A DNA stretch of 63,520 nucleotides, counting the filler, from Hausera hauseri (taxonomy: Eukaryota), in the NCBI GenBank assembly GCA_046269625.1. It is 12 parts of 12 records of this genome, joined end to end, with 100 filler letters (N's around TTAATTAATTAA, not from the genome) between each part and the next. Parts side by side here need not be neighbours in the genome. Positions count along the whole stretch, not along the records: positions 48,547 to 54,447 come from JBJURY010171639.1; positions 54,548 to 58,713 come from JBJURY010725769.1; positions 58,814 to 63,520 come from JBJURY010467134.1; 9 more parts are not named here. One strand, given 5' to 3'. Each line of letters starts with the position of its first letter. Positions within the stretch are counted from its first letter, which is position 1. Shown here in pieces: positions 48,700 through 61,082 of this stretch. Made by a program: the position numbers and the translations under genes. The notes under the pieces are model-generated. The model searched no databases. It worked only from the letters and a program-made list of their open reading frames with translations, and was not told where the DNA came from.

Positions 48700-51600
48700 C
48701 GGTAAAATCCTTGGACCTACTTCCCGATACCTACGTATTTGTGCTCAGCGAGGTGAATTGGGTCAGAATAATTTATGGACTTACCTAGTTCCGGATACCT
48801 GCATATTTGCACTCACCGCAGTGAATTGTGCCGTAAATAAATTGCACTAATCTAGTTCCGGACACCTGCATATTTCGGAGCCCTGCAATGAGTTGAGCCG
48901 ATGACAATTTGGACTGATCTACTTCCGGACTCCTGCATATTTGCACTCACCGCAATGAGTTGCGTCGAAAATACTTTCGACTGACCTAGATCTGGACACC
49001 TGCATACTTGAACTCACCGCATTTATTTGAGCGGAAGAAAATTTTGAACTTTTCTAATTCCTGACACCTGCATATTTGGACTCACCGCAATTATTTAAGC
49101 CGAAAGAAATTTTGGACTGCTCTAGTGCGGACACCAGCATATTTTTCTCAACGAAGCGAGTTGGGTCGGAAAATTTTTTGGACTTACCTAGATCGGGCCG
49201 CCTATCATATATGGACTTACCGCAATGAATTGAGCCGAAAAAGATTTTCGAATGATCTCATTCCGGACACCTGCATATTTGCACTCAGCGAAACGAATCG
49301 AGCCGTAAAAATTTGGACTGAGCTTGTTCCGGATACCTAAATAATTTGACTCAGCGAGGTGAGTTGTGTCGGAAAAATTTTTGGACTGAGCTAGTTCCGG
49401 ACACCTGCATATTTGCACTCAGCGAGGTAAGTTGCGTCGAAAATTTTTTGGACTGAGCTAGTTCTGGACACCTGCATATTTGTACTCAGCGAGGTGAGTT
49501 GGTTCAGAAAATTTTTTGGACTTACATAGTTCCGGTCACCTGCATATATGGACACACCGCAAAGACTTGAGCCGAAAAAAATTTTCGACTGATCTTATTC
49601 CGGACGCCAGAATATTTGGACTCAGCGCCATGAGTTGCGTCGAAAAGAATTAGGACTGACATAGTTTCGGACACCTGCATATTTTGACTCACCGCAATGA
49701 ATTGAGCCGAAGAAAATAAGGACTGAAGTAGTTTTTGGCACGTGCATATTTGCCCTAACCGAAATGAATTGAGCCGTAAAAATTTGGACTTAGCTAGTTC
49801 CGGACACCTGCATACTTGGACTCACCGCAATTATTTGAGCCAAAGAAAATTTTGAACTTATCTATTTCCGGACACCTGCATATTTGTAGTCACCGAGATG
49901 CATTGGGTGGGTACAAATTTTATACTCACCTATTTCCGGACACCAGCACATTTGGACTCAGAGCCATGAGTTGAGGCAAAAAGAATTAGGACTGGCCTAG
50001 TTCCGGACACCTGCATATTTTGACTCACCGCAATGAATTGAGCCGATAAAAAATAAGAACTGATATAGTTTCGGACATCTGCATATTTGCACTCACCGAA
50101 ATGAATTGAGCCGTAAAAATTGGGAGTGAGCTAGGTCCGGACACCTGCATACTTGGACTCACCGCAATTATTTAAGCCGAAGAAAATTTTGAAATTATCT
50201 AGTTCCGGACGCCTGCATATTTGTACTCAACGAGGTGCATTGGGTCGGAAAAATTTTTGTACTCAAATATTTCCGGACACATGCATATTTGAGCTCATGG
50301 AAATATATTTAGCCGAAAAAAATTATGGATTGATCTATTTACGGACACCTGCATATTTGTACTCAGCGAAGGGATTTGGGTCGGAAAAATTTTTGTGTGT
50401 CCTAGTTCCAAACACCTGCATACTTGGACTCTCCGCAATTATTTGAGCTGAAGAAAATTTTTACTTATCTATTTCCGGACACCTGCATACTTGGACTCAC
50501 CGCAATTATTTGAGCCGAAGAAAATTTTGACTTATCTATTTCCGGACACCTGCATATTTGTACTCACCGAGGTGCATTGGGTCGGTAAAATTTTTATACA
50601 CACTATTTCCGGACACCTTAATATTTGGACTCAGCGCCATGAGTTGAGTCGAAAAAAATTTGGACTGACCCAGTTTCGGACACCTGCATATTTGCACTCA
50701 CCGAAGTGAATTGAGCCTGAAAAATTTGGACTGATCTAGTTTCGGACACCTGCATATTTGTACTCACCGCAATGATTTGAGCCGAAAAAAATTTTGAACT
50801 TACCTAGTTCCGGACACCTGCATATTTTTACTCACCGAGGTGCATTGGGTCGGAAAAATTTTTATATTCACATATTTCCGGACACCTGCACATTTGGACT
50901 CAGCGCCATGAGTTGAGGCAAAAAGAATTAGGACTGGCCTAGTTCCGGACATTAGCATATTTGGACTCTGCGCCATGAGTTGAGTCGAAAAAATTTGGAC
51001 TGACCTAGTTCCGGACACCTGCATAATTGTACTCAGCGAGAAGAGTTGTGTAGGAAAAATTTTTGGACTGACCTAGTTCCGGACACCTGCATATTTGTAC
51101 TCTCCGAGATGCATTGAGTCGGTAAAATTTTTATAATCACCTATTTCCGGACACCTGCATATATGGACTCACCGCAATGAGTTGAGCCGAAAACAATTTT
51201 CGACTGATCTAGTTCCGGACAACAGCATATTTGGAATCAGCGAGGTGAGTTGAGTCGAATAAAATTTGGACTGACCTAGTTCCGGACACCTGCATATATG
51301 GACTCACCGCAATGAGTTGAGCCAAAGAAAATTTTAAACTTATCTAGTTTCGGACACCTGCATACCTGGACTCACCGCAATTATTTGAGCGGAAGAAAAT
51401 TCGGAATATACCTTGTTCCGGACAGCTGCATATTTGGAATCAGCAACGTGAGTTTGGTGGGCAATATTTGAACTTGCATAGTTCCGGACACCTGCATACT
51501 TGGACTCACCGTATTTATTTGAGCGGTAGAAAATTTTGAACTTATCTAATTCCTGACACCTGCATATTTGTATTCACCGAGGTGCATTGGGTCGGTAAAA

Positions 51601-54447
51601 TTATGTACTCACCTGGTTTCGGACACCTGCATAATTGGACTCAGCGCCATGATTTGAGTCGAAAACAATTTTGACTGACCTTGTTTCAGACACCTGCATA
51701 TATGCATTCACCGCAATGAGTTAAGCTGAAAAACATTTTCGACTGATCTCCTTCCGGACACCAGCATATTTGAACTCAGCGAGGTGAGTTGGGTCGGAAA
51801 AATTCTTTGACTTATCTATTTCAGGACACCTGCATATTTGGACTCACAGCAATTATTTGAGACGAAGAAAATTTTGAACATATCTAGTTCCGGACACCTG
51901 CATATTGTACTCACCGCGATGAGTTGAGTAGAAAAAACTTAGGACTGATCTAGTTCCGAACACCACCATATTTGAAATCAGCGAAGTGACTTGGCTTGGA
52001 AAACTTTTTGGACTTACCTAGTTTCGGACACCTGCATACTTGGACTCACCGAATTTATTTGAGCCTAAGAAAATTTTGAACTTACCTAATTCCGAACACC
52101 TGCATATTTGTAGTCACCGAGGTGCATTTGGTAGGTAAAATTTTTGTACTCACCTTGTTCCGGACACCTGCATATTTGTACTCAACGCCATGAGTTGACT
52201 CGAAAAAAATTTGGACTGACGTAATTACGGACACCTGCATATGTGTACTCAGCGAGGTGAGTTGGGTTAGAAAATTTTTTGGACTTGCCTAGTTCCGGAC
52301 ACCTGCATACTTGGACTCACCGCAATTATTTGAGCCGAAGAAAATTTTGAATTTATCTAATTCCGGACACCTTCATATTTGTACTCACCGAGGTACATTG
52401 AGTCGGTAAAATTTTTTACTCACCTATTTCCGGACACCTGCATATTTGGACTCACTTCCATGATTTGAGTCGAAAAAAATTTGGAGTGACCTAGTTCCGG
52501 ACACCAGCATATTTGGACTCAGCGAAGTGAGTTGGGTCGGAAAATATTTCGACTTACCTAGTTCCGGACACCTGCATATTTGAACGCACGGCAATGTGTA
52601 TAGCCCAAAAAAATATTGGACTGATCTACTTCCGGACACTTGCATGTTTGTACTCAGCGAGGTAAGTTGGATCAGAAAATTTTTTGGACTTGCCTAGTTC
52701 CGGACACCTGCATACTTAAACTCACCGCAATTATTTGAGTCGAAGAAAATTTTGAACTTATCTAATTCCAAACGCCTGCATATTCGTACTCACCGAGGTG
52801 CATTAGGTCGGTAAAATTTTTGTACTCCCCTGGTTCCGGACACGTGCATATTTGGACTCAGCGCCATGAGTTGAGTCGAGAAAAGTTTGGACTGACCTAG
52901 TTCCGGACACCTGCAAATATGGACTCCCCGCAATGAGTTGATCCAAAAAATTTTTTCGACAGATCTCTTTCTGGACAAGAGCATATTTGTACTTATCGGG
53001 GTGAGTTGGATCGAAAAATATTTGGACTGACCTAGTTTTGGACACCTGCACATTTGTACTCAGTAAGGTGAGTTGGGTCAGAAAATTTTTTGGACTTACC
53101 TAGTTCCGGACACATGCATACTTGGACTCACCGCAATTATTTGAGCGGAAGAAAATTTTGAACTTATCTAGTTCCGGACACCTGTATGTTTGTACTCACC
53201 GAGGTGCATTGGGTCGGTAAAATTTTTATACTCACCTATTTCCGGACACCTGCATATTTGTACTCAGCGCTTGATTTGAGTCGAAAAAAATTTGGACTGG
53301 CCTAGTTCCGGACATTAGCATATTTGGACTCAGCGCCATGAGTTGTGTCGAATAAAATTAGGTCTGACCTAGTTCCGGACACATGCATATTTGGACTCAC
53401 CGCAATTCTAGGAACCGAAGAAAATTTTGAACTTATCTAGTTCCGGACACCTTCATATTTGTACTCACCGAGGTACATTGGGTCGGTAAAATTTTTATAC
53501 TCACCTATTTCCGGACACCTGCATATTTGGACTCACGGCAGTGTATTTAGACGAAAAATTTTTGGATTGATCTAGTTCCGGAAACCTGCATATTTGGACT
53601 CAGCGAGGTGAGTTGTGTCGGAAAAATTTTTGGACTTACCTAGTTCCGGACACCTGCATACTTGAACTCACCGCAATTATTTGAGCGGAAAAAAATTTTG
53701 GACTGATCTACTTCCGGACACCAGCATATTTGTACTCAGCGGTGTGAGTAGGGTCGGAAAAAATTTGGACTGACCTAGTTCCTGACCAAGTCCATTAACC
53801 TCGCTGATTCCAAATATGCAAGTGTCCGGAATTAGGTCAGTCAAAAAATTTTTCTACTCAACTCATTGCTGTGAGTGCAAATATTCAGGTGTCCGGAACT
53901 AGGTCAGTGCAAAATTTTTTTCGTCTCAACTCATTGCTGTGAGTCCAAATATGCAAGTGTCCGGAATTAGGTGAGTCCAAATATTTTTTAGTCTCAACTC
54001 ATTGCGGTGAGTCCAAATATGCAGGTGTCCGGAACTGGGTCAGTCCAAAATTTTTTTCGACACAACATACTGCTGTGAGTGCAAATATGCAGGTGTCCGG
54101 TATTCGGTCAGTCCAAAATTTTTTCCAAGCCCATTCACCTCGCTGATTCCAAATATGCAGGTGTCCGGAACTAGGTCAGTGCAAAAGTTTTTCCAAGTCC
54201 ATTCACCTCGCTCATTCCAAATATGCAGGTGTCCGGTAATAGATCAGCCCAAATTTTTATCTGTTTAATCCACTGCCGTGAGTCCAAATATGCAGGTGTC
54301 CGGAACTCGGTCAGTCCAAAAAATTTTCCGAACCAGCTAACTTCGCGGTGTCCAAATATTCAGGTGTCCAGAACTGGGTCAGTCCAAAATTTTTTTCGAC
54401 ACAACATACTGCTGTGAGTGCAAATATGCAGGTGTCCGGTATTCGGT
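48700..54447. repeat. ~66-68-bp tandem satellite (~85 units) with an orientation switch at ~53787
   Basis: Consensus about AGTTCCGGACACCTGCATATTTGGACTCACCGCAATGAGTTGAGCCGAAAAAATTTGGACTGACCT; units are reverse-complemented after ~53787. Confidence 0.97.
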
Positions 54448-54547
54448 NNNNNNNNNNNNNNNNNNNNNNNNNNNNNNNNNNNNNNNNNNNNTTAATTAAT
54501 TAANNNNNNNNNNNNNNNNNNNNNNNNNNNNNNNNNNNNNNNNNNNN

Positions 54548-57500
54548 TTCATCAGTTGGTGAGTTGTCCTGCTCAGTTAAGTCGAAAAGGGCACGTAGTG
54601 GTGTGCCAAATAGGGCCTCCGACTGAGAACAACCGGTTGATGTGGATGGGGTGTTTCGCCATCCGAGTAAGACAAAAAATGAAAGGTTTACCCATTAGGG
54701 GTTGTGTTCAGCTAGGATTCTGAGAGAGGTTTTCATTGTACGATGAAAACGCTGTAAAAGGCCGTTCGACTGGGGATGGTAGGGTGTTGTGTGGATGTGA
54801 AATATGCCCAGTTTGATTTACTAGTGATTTAAAGAGATTCGACTCGAATTGGGGCCTTGGTCAGTGATGATGTGTTTGGGTGAGCCGAATCGGCTGAGCC
54901 ATACACGTATAAAGCGTCAGCTATGGACTCAGTGTTTGTGGATCGAAGTGGAACTGCTTCTGGCCATCTATACGAACGGTCCATTATTGTGCGGATGAAT
55001 TGGTGACCGTTGTCTGGTGAAAGAGGGCCGACGATATCGAGATGGACAGTATCAAAGCGTGACGTACAAGAAAATGATAAAGTGGCGGCTTTAGGTGTTT
55101 AGTGATTTTGAATTTTTGGCATGCCGTTCACTCCTTAACCCATGCCTGTACGCCTGTTTTCATTGATGGCCATGTAACTTGGCGTTTTAATAGGTGGTAT
55201 GTGGTCTTAGATCCTGGATGGTGTAACGCATGAATATTTGTAAAGGCTATTTTTTGGATAGAAGGAACTAGTATGATTTTAGGCCATCCAGGGTTGGTGG
55301 TATTGAAGGCCACGCCATCAATGATTTTGCAGATTTACAAGAAGTGAGAGTTTCATCATCCGGTTGATTCCATCGAAGCGTCTCATTATCTAGAATTGGT
55401 TTAAAAGTTATCGAGTCAACTGAAGGTGACAAAAAATCAGCCACGACGTTGTCTATGCCATTTATATGTTTTATTTTAAAATTGAAAGTTGACAAATAGG
55501 ATATATATGTCTTTCCTGACGTAGAGAGGAAGATTTCATGGTGAAAATGTGTAGCAGTGGCTTATTGTCCGTTTGAATTGTGAAGGTGCGTGATATTAAG
55601 AGGTGTTTAAAACGCTTGACTGCGAGGACCATTGCTAAAAGTTCTCTATCGAAGATAGAGTACTTCTGTTCTGTTGTAGTAAATTTTCTAGAAAAGAACT
55701 CTAAAGGTTGATGCGTGTTATTTTTAAACTAGTGGAGGACTGCGCCTGCTGCGATAGTTGATGCATCCGTTGTAAGAAAATGTTTTGATGTAGAATCTGG
55801 GTAGGCTAATATTTCTAATGTTTTGAGATTTGTTTTTAGGTGTTCGAAAGCATTAACAAGGTCAGGTGTTCAAATAATAGGTTGTTTCTTTTGACCAGCG
55901 CTTAAGGTAGCGAATGGAGCGGTTAAAATTAAACAATGCGGCACGTTTTTGTGAATAAAATGCAAGGTACCGAGGAAAAAACGCATTTCTGAAGTTGTGC
56001 GTGGTAACTGAATGTTTTTCAGTTGATCGATGCAGTCTTGCTGTGAAGCGTGTCCGGTTGGAGTAATAATGTGTCCGAGGAAATTGATTTTTTGTTTAAA
56101 AAAGGAGCATTTTGCGAAGTTTATTTTGAGATTATTTTGGTGAAGTAGTTTGAAAACGATGCGTAGATGCTTATTATGCTGTTTAGATGATGAAGCAGCA
56201 ATTAAAATATCGTCGATGTAGAGATATGCGAAGTCTAGGTCTGCGAGGACTGTGTGTCTATATGCCTCTGAAAGGTTTGGGTTGCACTGCATAAGCCAAA
56301 TGGCATATATAGATATTCAAAAAGTCCGAAAGAAGTTGTTACTGCCGTTTTTGGAATGCCAGCTGGTGCTACAGGGATTTGATGGTATGCCTTATGGAGA
56401 CTGATGTTTGAGAAAATGTTGGAGCCGTGAAGTCTATGTACGATGTCACTGATTAAAGGCAAAGGGTAGGCATCCATGGTTGTGATCTGATTCACTTGTC
56501 TGTAGTCACCGCATGGGCGAAAAGATCCGTCCTTTTTTGGGACAGCATGTAATGGCGAAGCCCATGAAGATTTGGATCTTCTGATAATGTCTAAGCGTTG
56601 TAGTTCTGAAAATTAGGCTTCGACTGCCCGCCTGTGATGTGGGGATAAAGGTCGTACCTTTTGTCGTATTGGTCGTTGGCGTTCTGTAACAGTATAATGA
56701 AAAATGTGCATGGCTGGTTTAAAGGTTTTGTCTTTCTGTAACAAACGAGTGCAAGAAGAAATTACATAGGATTGCAACTCCAGTGGAAGTGATGATAAAA
56801 TGGTTGACGGTGTTTCTGATGTTGCGATTTGCTTAGCGTCGGTTAGGGAAAAAGTTGTACTATCAAGACTAGGTGGAATTTGATGCAATATTGTGGAATT
56901 GAAAATGGTGTTGCGAGAGGTTTCGTTAGCAAAAGGTGTCAAAGAGTTGGCATTATCATATTTGTCAACTGCATTATAATAGTCTCTAAATAAGGGATGA
57001 TTATAATAATACTTTAAATTAATATGTGATTTTTTAAGAGCAGGTTTACGACCAATGATTGTCCGCTCGGTCGTCGAAATGATATTCACTGAGTTAGGTT
57101 GTTCAAATTGGTTTGAGTTAATCAAGCAGCGGCGTTTGCAATCTACCAGTAGGTGGTAATGGGACAAAAAGTCTGATCTCAATATAGGTGTTTGGACATT
57201 GGCAACTGTAAATGTCCAATTGTATGTGCTTTCGTTGTGTGGTAATGTAAAGGTGATGTTAGTAGTGCCGAAGATGTGTAGTTCTGCCCCTGATGCAGTG
57301 AATAATTTTTTGGGTAAATGGGTTTTGTTATGTACCTCATGTTCACGAGGAAGCAGAGAGACAGCTGCTCCAGTGTCTATGAGGAAGTTAATGTTATGTT
57401 TTATTAGAGTAACGACAGTTGCCTCCAACATAAAAATTGCAAATGTTGTGTTTCGGCTGTTATTTTGTAAAGTGGTACCTTCGCTAGTGATGGCCGATGG

Positions 57501-58546
57501 CTCTAGCGGCGTTAATAGTGTTTTTGCTGTGTTTGATGTCGTTTGTTAGTTGAGGGTTGCCTAGATTCCTTTGTGTTGAAATTGCAGCCTGGTAAACATT
57601 TTATGGCCTTAGTGTTGAATTTAGAATGGTACATGCAAATTTATGTAGCTTGTCTTGAATTTAGGTTCAAAAAATTTGCACCCGATGCAACATTTGTGTG
57701 CATTGTTTTTAAAATTGATATGGTAATAACAAATCGCCGATCGTACGGGCGATGGCGATCGTCAAATGCGCAATNNNNNNNNNNCGGCACCAGGGAAATT
57801 TTGTCTTGAGAGAGTCAGTTGGTTTAACTTATTGTTTATGCTGTTGATAGTTTCTAGCAGCGCTTTATTGTCGGCTTTTAACTGGGTTATTTGTTCCTGC
57901 AATGTGTTTTGTTGTGTCATATGGTGTGATGGTAGTAGAGATAAGCGGGGAAGTGTGCATTTGCAATAATTCATATGCTTTGTCAGCTAACTCAGTTAGT
58001 TTATTAAGATCTAATGATTCTTCAACCACGGTTAACGGACCACTAATTTGTAAGGGTAAAGCGTGGGGAAAATAAAGTCTTAAGAGATCTACGTTGTGTT
58101 CCTGTGTTACTCCGAGTGCTCTCAAGTTATTTAGAGCTATTTGTAAGACTTCGGGGGCTTTTGATTGCCTAGGATGTTCTTATTGAAGTAGCGTTGAATA
58201 ATAGAATCCAAAGGAGGCTCTGTAAGCCTAAGAACAGCGTTGTATAGCGCCTTGTAAGGATCAGGATGTTCGAAGAGTTGTAAAAGGTTGGGTTTTCGAA
58301 TTTTAATTGAATATGGTATATAGTAGAAGAGACTATGGGCCTTTGAAGAGATTCGGTGATGTTTGCAGATTGCAGCCAGAGCTGATGGAATTGAAGCCAA
58401 GTTTGACTTGAGTTCTGACTGTCGATGAAGAATTCGGTACAGTGATGGCCGAAAGGGAGGCCCGGAGGTGTGACTCTACCGGCGCAGCGTAATATCGGAA
58501 TAGATTTTGGCTTTTCCGTACTGTCAATCGAAGATGGAGAATTCAT
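54548..58546 (-). mobile_element. Ty3/Gypsy element internal region, gag-PR-RT-RH-IN (decayed), related to the 26450-28732 element
   Basis: Gag CMYHSKFNTKAIKCLPGC, protease FLIDTGAAVSLLP, SSWASPLHAVPKKDG, LYIDD, TTDAS, LHHPG, HLDIVGPL, ITDQGPQF, TTPYHPQSNG. Confidence 0.95.
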
Positions 58547-59149
58547 GCCGCCAAGGATTTTGAAATTGATTTGAATAAAAAAGGAAGTCTGTCTGAGAAG
58601 GAGAAGATGATAAAAGTTGTGGATAATGAAACCGTTGTAAGATAAAAAATAGCTAAAGGAACTTAGAAGGTTGGTGAAGTGGTTGTAGATGTGTATTGTG
58701 TCTAGTGTGCCTTNNNNNNNNNNNNNNNNNNNNNNNNNNNNNNNNNNNNNNNNNNNNTTAATTAATTAANNNNNNNNNNNNNNNNNNNNNNNNNNNNNNN
58801 NNNNNNNNNNNNNTTTTCAGGAATAAAAAGAGACATTTAAGAAAAAAAAGTATGCGGCGTCTGCCTGCCACAACCCCCTTCCTGGCTCCTGCTATGATGA
58901 TTGGATCTGTCACTTTGAGATGTCATATGATTGGCAGAGGCTATCCACTACATACGCAGCGTAACAGACCAATTTGACCACTAGCTGACCGATAGGAAGA
59001 TATGGATAGCTATCCGTGCTAGCTAATATCGTATCACTACGATCATCACCTATTCTTCTATCATCTAATGATATCTGATGGGACCTTTGCGTCAGTCAAC
59101 TGTTTTTAGCTTCAGAGTTTATCATTGTTGTTATTTCTATTTACACTGT

Positions 59150-59334
59150 ACAGAAGCCAAAGTATGCTTATTGTCCTCTGTGTTCACTTGTTTCTCCAAA
59201 GTTTTTTATACTTAGTTCTTCTTTGTGTGATCCAATATTTCTTCCATTATACTTTTTACAATGCTTACGTGAACAGTTGCAGGTGTAATAATTCCAATTT
59301 CCTCCCAGGGATCATTAAAATATTCTGATTCTGA
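59150..59334 (+). mobile_element. 3' tail resembling a teleost Rex1/Babar-type LINE
   Basis: AATTTCCTCCCAGGGATCATTAAAATATTCTGATTCTGA: terminal hairpin, polyA-like signal and a (TTCTGA) repeat end. Recognised from memory. Confidence 0.5.
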
Positions 59335-59942
59335 AGTTTAATGATGATCATCAGAACTATAGGTCTTGGAAACGATCATTTCAGTCTGCCATCCACGGTT
59401 TACATCTGACATCCAGTTAGATGGACCTTCTGCTTAAGCAGCCAGCCAAGCATATGGAGAGAATTAGAGCGATCCAAACAAACTGCCCAGACGCAGGACT
59501 CACTATGACTTGGAACCGGCTTGACCAAACGTATGGCTCCGCAGAAATTAAAAGATGCCCTCTTCATACGTATTGAGACATTCCCAAAATAACAAACCAA
59601 AATTATTTTAAGTTAATCAAGTTGAATGTTCTACTAAGCAAAGTCTTGGCAGCTACGGGTGAAGTAGACTTACCTGGACTTACCTTTCTTGACATGGCCA
59701 GAGGCATTAATCCGATCCTGCGAAAGCTCCCCTTTAACCTACAGGAAAAATGGGCATTAGTAGGTTCAGCATACAAGCAAAGACATCATGTTTCATATCC
59801 ACCATTTGGTTACTTCGTAGAATTCATCAGTCAAGAAGCAAGCGTTCGGAACGACCCAAGTTTCAATCTCAACACTCAAGAGGAGATTGGTCCAAAGGCT
59901 GAGAAGACAACTTGGAAGTCAAACAAACACAAAGAGGTTTCT
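59335..59942 (+). mobile_element. BEL/Pao LTR retrotransposon gag fragment
   Basis: KFNDDHQNYRSWKRSF..MDLLLK..LPGLTFLDMARGINPILRKLPFNLQEKW..YPPFGYFVEFISQEASVRNDPSF. Confidence 0.75.
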
Positions 59943-59948
59943 AAATAT

Positions 59949-60238
59949 GGGGTGGCCGTGGTACAGTGGTAATGGCAGCCGACCCCCGATCGGAAGGTTG
60001 GAGGTTCAAATCCCGAGTTCCCACACCATGTGTCGTTGTGTCCCTGGGCAAGACACTTAACCCCGAGTTGCTCCCGGTGGGACTGGCTGGCGCCTTGCAT
60101 GGCAGACTACCGCCACCGGTGTATGAATGTGTGGATGAATGGGTGGATGGCTGGTGCTGTAAAGCGCCTTGGACCCCTCGGAGGGGGCTGGAAGGCGCTA
60201 TATAAGTAAGCGCACTGTAACAAAAACAGTTTACCATT
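59949..60238 (+). mobile_element. tRNA-derived CORE-SINE of teleost AFC-like type, inserted in the BEL gag
   Basis: A box TGGTACAGTGG, B box GGTTCAAATCC, CORE GTGTCCCTGGGCAAGACACTTAACCC, tail GTGTATGAATGTGTG..GTAAAGCGCCTTG..GCGCTATATAA..TTTACCATT. Confidence 0.8.
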
Positions 60239-60806
60239 GTCTTAATGACTATTGAAGGAATCACACCCACCCAATCTTGTGGAAGCCGAGCAAATCCACG
60301 ATCATCTTCCTTGCCACAGTCATCAAGAGAAAGCTATGAAATCAGTAGAAGACTTAACATTGCAGTTGTTACTAAATTATAATGACCATTATTAATGACT
60401 AAATAATCTTCTTACTTTACTGGGCTGCTGCTTAAATTAATGTGTTTGTTTCATCACATGTCAAGGTTCCTCTTAAGTATACAGTTTTAATCTTTCTTAA
60501 CTGCATATCCATTTTGTTTCTATATACATACATTTTGTTTTGTGCTGTTACATCTGCTGTCATAATGTCCATTCAATTTGCTTGTTACAACTGTGAGGCA
60601 TGCTGGCATATTTTACATTAGTTTGTGTTTGTAACTGTGTTTGCTATGAATGTCAACCAGAATTGAATCTTTACATCATATCTACTCACAAGTAGTGTGC
60701 TAATTCTATTCAAATCATTTTTCATATCATGTACTTAAATTCTATGCTTTTTAAATTGTATATATGGGCAACAACAACAAAATAAATGATAACTATGAAG
60801 ATGTTA

Positions 60807-61082
60807 GGAGCCACGGTGGCGTTGCGGTTAGTGCGCTCGTCTGCAGATTGTGTGGTAACGGGTTCAATACCAGCTGTGGGCATTGAATTTTTATTAAATC
60901 AAAACGGCTCCAGGGGCCCACCCAGCCTCAAAAATGGGTACCAGAGATATTCTCTGGGAAAGTAAAGGCGGCCTGGCGTTATGCTGACAACATAACCCAT
61001 TTATGTGCCGATGTCTAAGAAAATATGTGGACACTAACTCCACATTTGCCTATACGCCTTCTTAGGCTGTACTATGGACTTA
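60807..61082 (+). mobile_element. tRNA-derived SINE with a Deu/Nin-like central domain (Talua-like)
   Basis: A box TGGCGTTGCGG, B box GGTTCAATACC, body GGGGCCCACCCAGCCTC..ATGGGTACCAG..GTAAAGGCGGCC..GCTGACAAC..GTGCCGA. Confidence 0.7.

Noticed and set aside
48700-54447. CRISPR array, hammerhead-ribozyme satellite, or real short ORFs
   Set aside because: The variable segments are recurring mutual homologs, not unique spacers. No CUGAnGA..GAAA core is seen on either strand. The ORFs are translations of the repeat.
59949-60025. tRNA genes here and at ~60807-60880
   Set aside because: A and B boxes are present but the cloverleafs are imperfect and run into SINE bodies.
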